From IMG/VR virus record IMGVR_UViG_3300034945_000013, positions 1 to 51,509 of that record: a stretch of 51,509 nt of DNA. One strand, 5' to 3'. The stretch comes from a virus. Its lineage: Duplodnaviria > Caudoviricetes. Of this stretch, positions 27,501 to 37,143 are shown in pieces. Positions within the stretch are counted from its first letter, which is position 1, and every line of letters begins with the position of its first letter. Under the pieces are notes generated by a model. That model had not been told where the DNA came from, searched no databases, and worked only from the letters and a program-made list of their open reading frames with translations. Both the position numbers and the translations under genes were made by a program.

Positions 27501-27997
27501 TCTTGTGTACCCTTATTTACCGCTTTACGTGCAGCCCAGTATGTATTGGACGCTGCTCGCAGTTTGATTTTGGTTTCTTCTGAGGTAGTATGGGTTTTGC
27601 CTCTTGCCGCTTTTGCAATTTTGGCCTTAGTCTTGACGCTGTGGGTTTTGCCCGTACCATTGACACGCGCAGCTTCACTAATTTTTGCTCGGGTTTCCGC
27701 CGTAAACACACGCCCCGTTGATCCCCCCTTACCGCCGTCCATCATGTTCGTTAATTTTACGCCATTCCGGAGAAGAATTTTGATCAGACCAATCTCCAGT
27801 TCGAAGGCAATGGCCTCACTGGAACAGGGGATGAAACCCACACCGACGTTTTCCGCACCGTGTTTAACCACAACAGACCCATGGTATGGGTTGCGTGCCT
27901 TTAAACTTCGTGCTCTCTTCTTCCGCCCTTTACCGACATAAAAAATCTGACCATCAACACCCGGACGGGCGTGAACATATGCACCAAATTCTCTCAT
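27497..27997 (-). CDS. GIY-YIG-type homing endonuclease with NUMOD3 repeats
   Basis: YVH...FYVGKG and ETRAKIS repeats; paralogue of 16619-17194. Confidence 0.85.
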   Translation of the reverse strand: MREFGAYVHARPGVDGQIFYVGKGRKKRARSLKARNPYHGSVVVKHGAENVGVGFIPCSSEAIAFELEIGLIKILLRNGVKLTNMMDGGKGGSTGRVFTAETRAKISEAARVNGTGKTHSVKTKAKIAKAARGKTHTTSEETKIKLRAASNTYWAARKAVNKGTQE

Positions 27998-29310
27998 ATA
28001 CTACCCCTCAACCGAACGCGCCCGGTTTCATTACTTTCCACGGGAAACAAATAATCACATAAGTATCGCACAGCGGTACCAACGTGTTGTGTTTCATTAC
28101 TTTCATCCTCGATAAAGGATGACCCCTTTTTCAGTGAACCCGTACTAAGTGCTTTATGTATCCAAGGCGCTGTGTTGGGGTTCACATAAAGAGATACCTC
28201 CCCAGCAGCATTCATGATTTTTGCTCTCACAGCATTTTGTCCGGCCTTAATCGACAAGGTTGATGGGGCGACGTTCCGGGTCGGGTACCACCCATTGTCA
28301 CGCAACACTTCTTCCATCGATGTGAAGTCCGATGATTGGTAGTGTTTCTCACCAGCCTTACCAGCCGGATCACCCGCCAATACCAAATACCGATTCTCAT
28401 GGTCCTTGTACTTCTCACAAAATTCCAACGCCGTTTGTCGCGCAACAGCAGACACCAAAATTATCTCATCAAGAAAGTAGATGTCAACACCACCACGAAC
28501 CACCGCAACAGCACTACTCATAGGCGAGTAGTTGAAGTCGCAAGTGAGAAACAATTGCTCGTGCTTCTCAATCTTCGAGTCGGTGTGATTTGCCTTGCTG
28601 TAGTCTTCGTATATGCGACCTGTGCTCGTCTCGAAACTTGCCTCATACTCTTGGCGGAATTGCCGGAGCGACATGCGACGACGTGCCGCATCCACAAGGT
28701 CGGGCGGCAAAATGTCGGACGATGGCCAGGTGTACAACTTCCAGTCAGGGTCGTTGGCTGTACGAGCGTACTCCGCCATATCGTAGTAGTGGTTCATGCC
28801 ATCAGGCACGCCAAGCAGGATGCACCATGCCCGATAATCAGGACGCTCAGGGTTGTAGGTGTCGAGCGCGGGGCTGATGTTTTCCGCCCACGCGGTTTCC
28901 TTGACGTCCGCAATCTCGTCGATGGCACCGCCCGTCCAGAACGAACCTTCCATGCGCTGGGGCTGGTCGAGGCCAATCAAAGACAGGGTGGAGCCATTGG
29001 GGTACTTGATGGTAAGTTCAGTCTCCGATGGTTTATCTGGCAGGATGGAGGTGAATGACAACCGCTTCATGTCATTCCAATAAATTCGCTTAACCTGGTC
29101 ACGAGTCGGGGCAGCGATGAAGTAATTACCTTGATCACGCATCGCAGCGCGTGCCATGTACCGTTTCACACGCTCTGTCTTACCGCTGCGTCGCCCAGCC
29201 GGGACCACCTTGAATCGCACCTGATCCTCCACCAACGCACGCTGTACCGGATGGTCCATTAAAGGATACCACCGGGCAAGATCACGAGAAGCGGGAGTAA
29301 GGTTGTTCAT
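27994..29310 (-). CDS. terL: Terminase large subunit
   Basis: AGRRSGKT Walker A, AIDE Walker B, FRQEYEASF, DFN nuclease motif. Confidence 0.95.
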   Translation of the reverse strand: MNNLTPASRDLARWYPLMDHPVQRALVEDQVRFKVVPAGRRSGKTERVKRYMARAAMRDQGNYFIAAPTRDQVKRIYWNDMKRLSFTSILPDKPSETELTIKYPNGSTLSLIGLDQPQRMEGSFWTGGAIDEIADVKETAWAENISPALDTYNPERPDYRAWCILLGVPDGMNHYYDMAEYARTANDPDWKLYTWPSSDILPPDLVDAARRRMSLRQFRQEYEASFETSTGRIYEDYSKANHTDSKIEKHEQLFLTCDFNYSPMSSAVAVVRGGVDIYFLDEIILVSAVARQTALEFCEKYKDHENRYLVLAGDPAGKAGEKHYQSSDFTSMEEVLRDNGWYPTRNVAPSTLSIKAGQNAVRAKIMNAAGEVSLYVNPNTAPWIHKALSTGSLKKGSSFIEDESNETQHVGTAVRYLCDYLFPVESNETGRVRLRGSI

Positions 29311-29894
29311 ACCGGCAGTTGTTCGGCCAGTGCCCGAAGTTGAGAAGTGATGTCTTCCGCCCCACCAACACCGACGTTCGGTGATTTGTCCCGGTTGTAC
29401 GTCTCGGGTCTACGGTTGCGCAGCATCATCGACAACAGACTATCAGACCCGGCGAGTGCACGATTAATCCCGGCTTCCTCCAGCTTGTCGGTCACATCAT
29501 CAAAGATGTCCCGGCAAAGTTGATCAAACACCGGTACGCGTGAGCGAAGGGCACCAACTTCACTACGACAAAGACCAGAAACCCGACCAGCCACCCGCAT
29601 ACTACAACCACCAACATGAAGTGCTTCAAGATAAGCATTCATGCGGATCACCAATGATGCGCGGTATTTGTTTTCGGTGTCAATCAGGGATTTCCACTGA
29701 CGCTTGTTAAGATCGACGGATGGAGCAACGGGGGAAAAGGGTCTGAACTGTGTCAGATGGTGAGAGGCTTTCATCTCGTTGGCCGGGACTTCCCCACCGA
29801 GATCGGCAAGAGTGATTCGTTGACCTTGATAAGCATCGTCGGCATCAGGCACGGGAAAATCCACCAGAGAGCCGGTTCCGGGCGTTTCGAGCAT
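29307..29894 (-). CDS. Putative terminase small subunit
   Basis: Upstream of terL; LEEA...RA...SDSLL..ML..RRPE motif; start uncertain. Confidence 0.7.
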   Translation of the reverse strand: MLETPGTGSLVDFPVPDADDAYQGQRITLADLGGEVPANEMKASHHLTQFRPFSPVAPSVDLNKRQWKSLIDTENKYRASLVIRMNAYLEALHVGGCSMRVAGRVSGLCRSEVGALRSRVPVFDQLCRDIFDDVTDKLEEAGINRALAGSDSLLSMMLRNRRPETYNRDKSPNVGVGGAEDITSQLRALAEQLPV

Positions 29895-30097
29895 CGGGGG
29901 TGGCTATGGGTGCCGCCGGGCCACCACAGCGCGTTAGCGAGAGTACCACGCGACGCGACGGCTGGTCATCTCCGACCACGCCGGTATATCGCCCCACACC
30001 TACCGAGTGGCTGAGGGGGGCGATGAACGTGGGTGTTGGCATTTGTGTGTGATCCTGTAAGGGATGCGGCGCGACGTAATGCGGGCCAATACGTGCG

Positions 30098-30126
30098 ATT
30101 AAACCACAACAAGACGAGATTGTCAA
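30098..30126 (-). promoter_or_regulatory. Leftward promoter for the packaging/late operon
   Basis: Minus strand TTGACA-17 nt ending TGTGG-TTTAAT. Confidence 0.65.
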
Positions 30127-30173
30127 GTACCAGAATAAAGCCACCAACCACAAAACAAAATCACCAGACCTTT

Positions 30174-30590
30174 CCTGTCCAGCTGTCCGGTCCGCCCGAC
30201 CCCCTCAGCCCATCGTGCGACATGCGGGATGTACACATCCCGCTGTGGAGCGTGTGTAGAAGCGGAATTTAAAAAATTATAATATAGACTAATTGGACAG
30301 AGGGGGGTTGTGGGGCACTCAACGCCGTCACAACGGCGTTTCGGCTGTCCGATCGATTGTCCGATGCCCCCTTGGTTTGTTCGGACAGTGGACTGGGGAG
30401 AGTTAAGTATCCTGGTATCCGCCCACATCAATTGGACAATACCGACTGATTGGACCGACCCCGTCGTGGCGCGGTTTTCGCCTGTCCAATTCCTGTCCAA
30501 TCCACCTCAATTGCGGACCGTGATACCCTAGGTTGACGACGGGTTCTGGACATGATACAATGGCGTTCTGACCCCCGAACCGGACAGTAG
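30174..30590. repeat. Cluster of TGTCC/GGACA short repeats (candidate origin or pac region)
   Basis: About ten copies in both orientations in the non-coding divergent region. Confidence 0.55.
30533..30561 (+). promoter_or_regulatory. Rightward promoter
   Basis: TTGACG-17-TACAAT. Confidence 0.65.
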
Positions 30591-30637
30591 ATTAATATAA
30601 AGTTGGGTGGTTCTAAAGACAATTAGGAGATACACAA

Positions 30638-31099
30638 GTGGACAAAAATGAGGCGATTTTGGCAGGGGAAACCCGTTATCATGGGAAGATTTGTGAACGC
30701 CATCGGGAGTTGGGTGGCCTGCGTCGGGTTAGGTCGTCCGCGTGTATAGGTTGTGAGACCGACGCTCGACGTATTCGCTTAAAAGTTGAGCGTGAGCGAG
30801 TGCGTCACTACCGTCGTCTGGCTGAAGAGAAAGCTGGGGGTATGGATTATAAGACGGCCAAATTGGCCCGTCAGGAAGCCATTGCATCAAATACCGCGCG
30901 GTATTTTGGGAAAGTGTGTGAGAAACATCCTGAGTGTAAGGGGGAGCGGTTAACACATAATGGTAAGTGTGTTGGGTGTAAAGATGATGGCCAGCGTCTT
31001 ATGGAAAAGCGGGCGCGCGAGCGGGAAAGAGTGGAGCACGAGCGCATCAAGCACAATCAACAAATAACTGCACCAATACAGGCGGGGGTCATTAAGTGA
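30638..31099 (+). CDS. Duplicated Cys/His-domain protein, probably DNA-binding
   Basis: Two RY.GK.CE.H...C.GC repeats. Confidence 0.65.
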   Translation: MDKNEAILAGETRYHGKICERHRELGGLRRVRSSACIGCETDARRIRLKVERERVRHYRRLAEEKAGGMDYKTAKLARQEAIASNTARYFGKVCEKHPECKGERLTHNGKCVGCKDDGQRLMEKRARERERVEHERIKHNQQITAPIQAGVIK

Positions 31100-33438
31100 G
31101 CACAGACAACAAAGCTGATTTACAATCATTGGTCGAGGCACTGCAACCCCTAATCAAATCCTTACGTACCGTTGACAGTTGCTTGAAGTGGAAAGGTAGA
31201 AATCTGAGTTGGACCGATGAGCCAATAGATGATGCACAAATACTGAAACATCTGAATGGGGGTCCACGCGTCGGGGCTGCTCTCATCCAGTATGGATCAA
31301 GTAATACCTTTTCGGCACTACTTGATCTTGATTCGCATGACGGCGTAACGCCGATGCCGGTCATGCTGGAGTTGGCCGGCAGACTCATGGGGTTTATGAA
31401 AGAATATGGTTTGACCCCAATACCTTTTGTATCGTCCGGCGGTAAGGGTATTCACATCTGGTGTTTGTGGAACGAACCGCAGGATGCATGGAGCGTACGC
31501 GCTTTAATGCGCCAAGTATTGGCCAAGGCTGATCTTAAGGACGGTGCAAGGGGGGTGTCCGAACATGAGGTCGAAATTTTTCCCAAACAAAATGCTGCAG
31601 CCGAGAAGCGGATTATTGTTGATGACAAAGGTCATGAGCGGGTTAACCGGGGAAGTCAGGTGTTTTTGCCGTTGTCCGGCGAGTCGGTGCCAATCGACCC
31701 AATCACACTGAAGCTATTGCCGAAGGAACCGGACCATATTAAGTGGTCATACTCCGCCCCAGTATTATCGGCTGTTATCGAGGAAAAGAGACTCAAGAAA
31801 AAATCCAAGTCAGATAAAAAGGTTGTCGGACTTGAGACGTTGAAGAGCGCGTTGGATGCGATTGACAACGACGGTGACGGTGTTGATTATGAGGATTGGT
31901 TCCGTATTGTTGCCGCAATCCACTATGAATCTGGGGGCAGTACTGAGGGTATTGAATTGGCGCGTCGGTTTTCGCGACGCAGTAATAAATACAACTCTGA
32001 TTTGTTGGATTACAAATGGGATTCCATCTGCGACGACCTCGACTCGCCGGCCACGGCCAGTGTCATTTTCACGATTGCTGGGGGGTTTGGTTGGGAACTT
32101 GATGAACACAGCAGCCGAATCGATGAATTCAACAACAAACACTTCGCGGTGATGGCTGGTAATAAGGTGGCGGTTGGTAGCATGGTAACCGATCACACTG
32201 GAAAAAAGGAAGAATTACGTCTTTATTCATGCTACGACACCTCCAAGTACTACGCAAACTTGCCCGTGATCCAAGTCGACAAACGTCGAATTCCTTTTTT
32301 TGATCACTGGATGAGTCACCAACGTCGCCGCACCTACCGGGGATTGGTGTTTGAACCCGAGGGCTTCGTGTCTGATGAATACTATAATCTATGGCGCGGG
32401 TTTGCTGTTGAGCCGTGTGAGGGGGATTGTTCACTCTATCTGGCTCTGCTTCGTGACGTGATCTGCTCCGGCGATATCGAACTTTACCAGTACTGCCTGG
32501 CATGGATGGCCGACGCTGTACAGCACCCTGGCCACCGACCCGGAACGGCTCTCGTTTTTCGTGGCGGGCAGGGCGTGGGCAAGGGTACGATAGCGACATA
32601 TTTCGGGCGACTTTTTGGGCGGCATTTTGTGCATATCACTAGTGCCAAACATCTTGTCGGCAACTTCAACTCCCATACACTGGAGGCGCTGGTGATCTTT
32701 GCCGATGAAGCCGTATGGGCGGGAGATCACGTGGGTGCCGGGACGTTGAAAGCGTTGGTAACCGAGGACGAACGCATAATTGAGCGTAAAGGTGTTGATG
32801 CGTTCCCCATCCGCAATTATGTAAGGTTGTTGATGGCATCAAACCAGGATTGGATTGTGCCGGCGGGGAAGGACGAAAGGCGTTTTGCCGTTATTGATGT
32901 GTCCGATTCACACAAACAAAATTTAGATTACTTCGGCAGGGTAAGAGAGCAGATGAACAATGGTGGTGGTCAACAGGCGCTGCTACACTACTTGTTGAAC
33001 CACGACATCTCGGGCATCAACCTCCGGCAAATTCCAATGAGCGGCGCACTTGATGAACAAAAGGTGATGTCGTTAACACCGTTAGAGTCGTGGTGGATGG
33101 GTAAGCTTGAGAAGGGTACAATGCGGGGTGTGAAGATAAACGCCGCTGGTGAGTGGGCCGTCACCGTTGAGGCACTTTATCATGAGTATTTGGAGCTTAC
33201 GCGGAAGCGGGGTCTGACTCACCTTGATTCGGCATCAACGTTTGCAACAAAAATCCGAAAACTCGTACCCGGCATCACCAAGTGGCGGCCAACGGTTGGT
33301 AACACTCGAACCTACTGCTGGGCGTTGCCTTCACTGTCGGCATGCAGGGCGTCTTTCCCCGGCAGTCTCGATTTTGAGGATGATGGCGACGAAGCGTGGT
33401 CATGGATCGAGACCGGGGCGTTTGAGAGCGAGATATGA
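31096..33438 (+). CDS. Primase-helicase (AEP PrimPol + PriCT-2 + NTPase)
   Basis: LDLDSH, SSGGKGIH, YEDWF..AAIH and GGQGVGKG motifs. Confidence 0.88.
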   Translation: MSTDNKADLQSLVEALQPLIKSLRTVDSCLKWKGRNLSWTDEPIDDAQILKHLNGGPRVGAALIQYGSSNTFSALLDLDSHDGVTPMPVMLELAGRLMGFMKEYGLTPIPFVSSGGKGIHIWCLWNEPQDAWSVRALMRQVLAKADLKDGARGVSEHEVEIFPKQNAAAEKRIIVDDKGHERVNRGSQVFLPLSGESVPIDPITLKLLPKEPDHIKWSYSAPVLSAVIEEKRLKKKSKSDKKVVGLETLKSALDAIDNDGDGVDYEDWFRIVAAIHYESGGSTEGIELARRFSRRSNKYNSDLLDYKWDSICDDLDSPATASVIFTIAGGFGWELDEHSSRIDEFNNKHFAVMAGNKVAVGSMVTDHTGKKEELRLYSCYDTSKYYANLPVIQVDKRRIPFFDHWMSHQRRRTYRGLVFEPEGFVSDEYYNLWRGFAVEPCEGDCSLYLALLRDVICSGDIELYQYCLAWMADAVQHPGHRPGTALVFRGGQGVGKGTIATYFGRLFGRHFVHITSAKHLVGNFNSHTLEALVIFADEAVWAGDHVGAGTLKALVTEDERIIERKGVDAFPIRNYVRLLMASNQDWIVPAGKDERRFAVIDVSDSHKQNLDYFGRVREQMNNGGGQQALLHYLLNHDISGINLRQIPMSGALDEQKVMSLTPLESWWMGKLEKGTMRGVKINAAGEWAVTVEALYHEYLELTRKRGLTHLDSASTFATKIRKLVPGITKWRPTVGNTRTYCWALPSLSACRASFPGSLDFEDDGDEAWSWIETGAFESEI

Positions 33439-33444
33439 AAGTAC

Positions 33445-33509
33445 TTGACAAATGTCTGATGATATGCTATAATGCAGTTGTTGAATCTTTCCAGACAATA
33501 GACAGGAGA
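33445..33509 (+). promoter_or_regulatory. Promoter plus conserved leader, module 1
   Basis: TTGACA-17-TATAAT then GCAGTTGTTGAATCTTTCCAGACAATAGACAGGAGA. Confidence 0.85.
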
Positions 33510-33515
33510 ATTATC

Positions 33516-33791
33516 ATGGCTCTTTCCCCCGCAAGTTTCCCCATGGATGAAGTGGTCGGTGAATTTTTAAATAAGGATACGTCTTGTTATTTTGATTTCA
33601 AAAAGAATACAACCGGCGTGTTTCCTGAATATCCCTATGAAGTGTTTGTTGGCCCCAATGCTGAATCGACCCGGCTGGCCCGGATCAGCAAGACCGTGGC
33701 TTATGTGGTGGTGGATGAAGATGAGTGTGGCAACCCCGTGGAAGAAAAGTGGCGTATCAAGTTAAACTGGAGTCGGGCGCACGGGGATTGA
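33516..33791 (+). CDS. Hypothetical early protein
   Basis: Start reassigned to the ATG after RBS AGGAGA. Confidence 0.75.
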   Translation: MALSPASFPMDEVVGEFLNKDTSCYFDFKKNTTGVFPEYPYEVFVGPNAESTRLARISKTVAYVVVDEDECGNPVEEKWRIKLNWSRAHGD

Positions 33792-33854
33792 CAAAGGTTT
33801 GACAGCTGTGCTATAATGCAGTTGTTGGATTTTCCCAGACGATAGACAAGGAGA
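33788..33854 (+). promoter_or_regulatory. Promoter plus conserved leader, module 2
   Basis: TTGACA-18-TATAAT then GCAGTTGTTGGATTTTCCCAGACGATAGACAAGGAGA. Confidence 0.85.
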
Positions 33855-33860
33855 TATGAA

Positions 33861-34199
33861 ATGGCATCAATCGACCACATCATGAGGACCGCGACCCAAC
33901 CAGCCAGGTCATGGAGCTTGCGCAATTTGGTGCGTTTTCACTACTTCAACCCAAATGGGTTGTATGCACAGAAGATTGATGTCAATCGCCGGGTGGGTCT
34001 GGCCGTTGATAGGGGTATCGTGAAAAGTGGTGCAATACTCGCGTACGGCACGTTTAACAGCTTTTATTCTGACCGGTTGACGTCGTTGGCGCAACACAAG
34101 CCGCTTACCCGTGTTATTGTAACGTCAACCATTGATGGGTTGAAGCACGACATTGATTATGCTGAAGGATTCCTCAACCAGCTGGATTGGAAGGAGTAA
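33861..34199 (+). CDS. Hypothetical early protein
   Basis: Follows the leader module RBS. Confidence 0.75.
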   Translation: MASIDHIMRTATQPARSWSLRNLVRFHYFNPNGLYAQKIDVNRRVGLAVDRGIVKSGAILAYGTFNSFYSDRLTSLAQHKPLTRVIVTSTIDGLKHDIDYAEGFLNQLDWKE

Positions 34200-34263
34200 T
34201 TGACACAGCCTTCGGGCTGTGGTACAATGCAGTTTTTGATTTTCCCAGACGATAGACAAGGAG
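34200..34263 (+). promoter_or_regulatory. Promoter plus conserved leader, module 3
   Basis: TTGACA-17-TACAAT with the same leader; hairpin in the spacer. Confidence 0.85.
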
Positions 34264-34269
34264 CTTGAA

Positions 34270-35103
34270 ATGAAACTGACCGCGAATGAATTGAAAGTGT
34301 TGAAGGCTGTTGACGATTCCGAGTATGGCGACGCGCTCACTGATGGGGTTTGGACGTTCAGCGTCATGGACTACGCCAATTTCCCCAGTGCACGTAGCGC
34401 AGGAGGTGTTGTCGCCAGTTTGAGCAAAAAGGGTTTCATCAATGCCGATCCCGATTCGGGTCACGGCGAAAATGACGCCTGTATCATCATCACCGAAACG
34501 GGCGCTGTCGCATATATCGCGGCAGTCGGTGCCGAAAATGTCCATAAGTCCATTCCTGATCACATTCTTGTAAGGAGTAATACCATGAACAACGTTGCTG
34601 TTACAACCACTGAAACCCCTGCCAAACGTACTCGGATGGTGAATGGTTCCGTCACCAGAAAATCGGCGACGGCTCAGGCCAAGGCTGCAGCAAAAGCCAA
34701 AGCTGCTGTGACCGGGGTTGCCAAGGCCGCAAAAGCTGCGGTGCCCAAAGTCGCCAAGGCTGTCAAGGCTGTCAAGGTCGCCAAGGCTGTCAAAGCCGCG
34801 AAGGCTGCGAAACCGGCCAAAATTAAGGATGATTTGACCAAATCGACCGATGCACTGCGCGAAGCTGCTCAACGTTATGAGCGCGACACCGAACACAAAA
34901 CCGCCGGCGGCAACGTTTCCATCAACAATGGCGATGAAATTGCCCAAAAACTGCTTGGTAAGGATTTGGATGCCGTGTTTGTGATGGCTGCAAAAGCACT
35001 CAAGGAAGACGAAGCTGACCTCCGCGCCAAGTACAAACACCTCAACGTCGGCATGCAGCGTATGGCACTCGGTAACAGGATGCGTGCTGCTCTGAAGAAG
35101 TAA
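34270..35103 (+). CDS. Protein with N-terminal wHTH-like region, histone H1-like AKA repeats and a conserved C-terminal domain
   Basis: AKAVKA repeats; internal RBS AAGGAG with in-frame ATG at 34585. Confidence 0.75.
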   Translation: MKLTANELKVLKAVDDSEYGDALTDGVWTFSVMDYANFPSARSAGGVVASLSKKGFINADPDSGHGENDACIIITETGAVAYIAAVGAENVHKSIPDHILVRSNTMNNVAVTTTETPAKRTRMVNGSVTRKSATAQAKAAAKAKAAVTGVAKAAKAAVPKVAKAVKAVKVAKAVKAAKAAKPAKIKDDLTKSTDALREAAQRYERDTEHKTAGGNVSINNGDEIAQKLLGKDLDAVFVMAAKALKEDEADLRAKYKHLNVGMQRMALGNRMRAALKK

Positions 35104-35116
35104 ATGTCGGACTCGA

Positions 35117-35147
35117 CCAGCCCTCACACAACGGGGGCTGGCGTTTT
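35117..35147 (+). terminator. Probable intrinsic terminator
   Basis: CCAGCCCTC-loop-GGGGGCTGG followed by CGTTTT. Confidence 0.55.
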
Positions 35148-35171
35148 GATAGAATAGACAGGAGAAGGATT

Positions 35172-35456
35172 ATGAATACAACAAAGTTCGAATGCCAAGT
35201 GTGGGACTCGGTTACGGGTGAATGGAGTTGGATAACCGTTGATGTCCCGAGTCGGGTTGCTGACACCAGTGAACCGGTTGCGGCGCAGGCGCAAATGATC
35301 AACGAAGCCGTGTCAGTTCAGATGGACGAGGAACGGGGTGCGTGGGTTCTCACCGATAGTCATGTGTTGTGGGCTGTTGGCAATGAGGTGTTGCTGATTC
35401 AATTGCGGGCATTGACCAGTGATGACATCAGTGTTATCATGGCGGTTCGTGCATGA
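35172..35456 (+). CDS. Hypothetical protein
   Basis: Partial leader ATAGACAGGAGA upstream. Confidence 0.7.
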   Translation: MNTTKFECQVWDSVTGEWSWITVDVPSRVADTSEPVAAQAQMINEAVSVQMDEERGAWVLTDSHVLWAVGNEVLLIQLRALTSDDISVIMAVRA

Positions 35457-35674
35457 GCCGCCCACGCTGCAGTGAGGGTGGGAAGCGTAACCCACGTCGC
35501 CCATATGTTGCGATGGTCGAGGGAGAAGAGCACGGTGTCTTTTTCCGCGTGTTTAGCAAGCGGATGGATTGCGCTGAACGGATTGCCATAGAGGTGCGCG
35601 GCGCGGTGGTCACGTGTTTGTATACGTTAGAGCGGAGGCGTTGGATGCACGACGAATGGGTTATTGTCGCGTGA
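35453..35674 (+). CDS. Hypothetical protein
   Basis: ATGA coupling. Confidence 0.55.
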   Translation: MSRPRCSEGGKRNPRRPYVAMVEGEEHGVFFRVFSKRMDCAERIAIEVRGAVVTCLYTLERRRWMHDEWVIVA

Positions 35675-35710
35675 ACGGCAATTTTAGAATTAATAGACGG
35701 AGGATTTGAA

Positions 35711-35992
35711 ATGACGGAACAAATACCCGATTTTGACGCCTTGCGCGCGACGCGGAACCGGGCGGTGGAGGAAAGGTTGCGGGGGTTGGCCGACGATCTT
35801 GGCGTCCCCCTCGAAATGCTGCGCAGCAGCCACAACCCCGATGCGTGTTACTGCGCGTGTACTAGCGGAGGCCCATGTGAACACGACTGGACCGGGGCGG
35901 GCATAGAATTCGACGATGGGTGTGGGTGGAGCGTGACGTGCTCCCGGTGTGGTATCACGGCGATGAGCCACGACATGAGGGTTCTACCATGA
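35711..35992 (+). CDS. Cys-rich zinc-binding protein
   Basis: CYCAC..CEHDW...CSRC. Confidence 0.7.
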   Translation: MTEQIPDFDALRATRNRAVEERLRGLADDLGVPLEMLRSSHNPDACYCACTSGGPCEHDWTGAGIEFDDGCGWSVTCSRCGITAMSHDMRVLP

Positions 35993-36462
35993 CCCGAGAT
36001 ACTATGGAACAGGTAAAATTGGAGGTTGGGGACTCGGTGTTTTATCGCGACCAACGTTACTGGATTGAGATAACTGGTGAGCGCTTTGTGCGGATAGCGG
36101 ACTGTCACATCCGGCCAGAGTCACCCGCACCACTTGCGCGGAACAGTTTTTTTGTCCCTGTGGGGTTGGTGTCGCTGGCACCGGTCACCAAAAACCGGCA
36201 TGCTAAACAGCCGACCAAACATGCCATCGAAGTGGTCGAACGGAAGAAAGCCACCGGCGATAAAGACATCGGTGATGAAATAGCGGTGGCCTTACGTGAG
36301 TGTAAGGATTTGAACGCTGTTTACAAGCTCGCGGCCAGGCTGCTTAAAGTGAAAGAGGGTGAGTTGAAGGATAAATACGGCCACTTAAACACAGGACAAC
36401 AACGCATGAATCTTGGTAATAGGCTACGGGGCGCACAGAAAAAAGGATTGATAAAATTATGA
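35989..36462 (+). CDS. Hypothetical protein sharing its C-terminal domain with 34270-35103
   Basis: GDEIA...KY.HLN.G.QRM.LGNR.R. Confidence 0.75.
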   Translation: MTRDTMEQVKLEVGDSVFYRDQRYWIEITGERFVRIADCHIRPESPAPLARNSFFVPVGLVSLAPVTKNRHAKQPTKHAIEVVERKKATGDKDIGDEIAVALRECKDLNAVYKLAARLLKVKEGELKDKYGHLNTGQQRMNLGNRLRGAQKKGLIKL

Positions 36463-37139
36463 ACAACATCATGCTCGATCTAGAGACATTGGGTAAAGGC
36501 AGCAACGCCGTCATCATCGCCATCGGCGCCGTGCAGTTCGACCAAACCGGTTTGGGGCAGACCTTTTATACCGCCGTTGACCCACAAAGCTGCGTGGATA
36601 TCGGGATGAAGGTGGACGTATCAACTGTTATGTGGTGGATGGGACAGAATCAAACTGCCCGCGAAGCATTCATGGGAGCCGGTACCCCTATTGTTACGGC
36701 GCTGCGCAGCTTTTCGGATTATGTCAAGGACTGTGCAGGTGACAGGGCGGAGGTGTGGGGTAATGACTCCACATTCGATAACACGATTTTAGGCAACGCC
36801 TATATTGCAGCCGGTGTGGTGCAGCCGTGGCCGTATTGGGGCAACCGCTGTTATCGCACTATTAAAAATCTGTACCCACACGTCCCGTTTGATTTTGGTA
36901 GAGTTGGCACGGCACATAATGCCCTTGATGATGCGGTCACACAGGCTACACACGCCAGCGGAATTCTGGCCCACATCGAGGAGGCCAGAGTCAGCCATGG
37001 CCGGTACGAAACATCCAGGCGTATGAACCCCATGCAGTGGGCCGATGCGTGGAAACTCCACATCACCACGGGCAAGCCGTTTGATGAAATCGTGGACGAT
37101 ATGCGACCATTCATGTTTCCAAACAAAGAACAGGGTTAA
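36459..37139 (+). CDS. DEDDh 3'-5' exonuclease
   Basis: MLDLET, WGN..TFD and HNALDDA motifs. Confidence 0.9.
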   Translation: MNNIMLDLETLGKGSNAVIIAIGAVQFDQTGLGQTFYTAVDPQSCVDIGMKVDVSTVMWWMGQNQTAREAFMGAGTPIVTALRSFSDYVKDCAGDRAEVWGNDSTFDNTILGNAYIAAGVVQPWPYWGNRCYRTIKNLYPHVPFDFGRVGTAHNALDDAVTQATHASGILAHIEEARVSHGRYETSRRMNPMQWADAWKLHITTGKPFDEIVDDMRPFMFPNKEQG

Positions 37140-37143
37140 ATAA

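Noticed and set aside
33435-33515. N-terminal extension of the 33435 ORF
   Set aside because: It spans the promoter and leader; the RBS supports ATG 33516.
34174-35127. 317-aa minus-strand ORF
   Set aside because: Antisense to the AKA-repeat gene, which has its own promoter and RBS.
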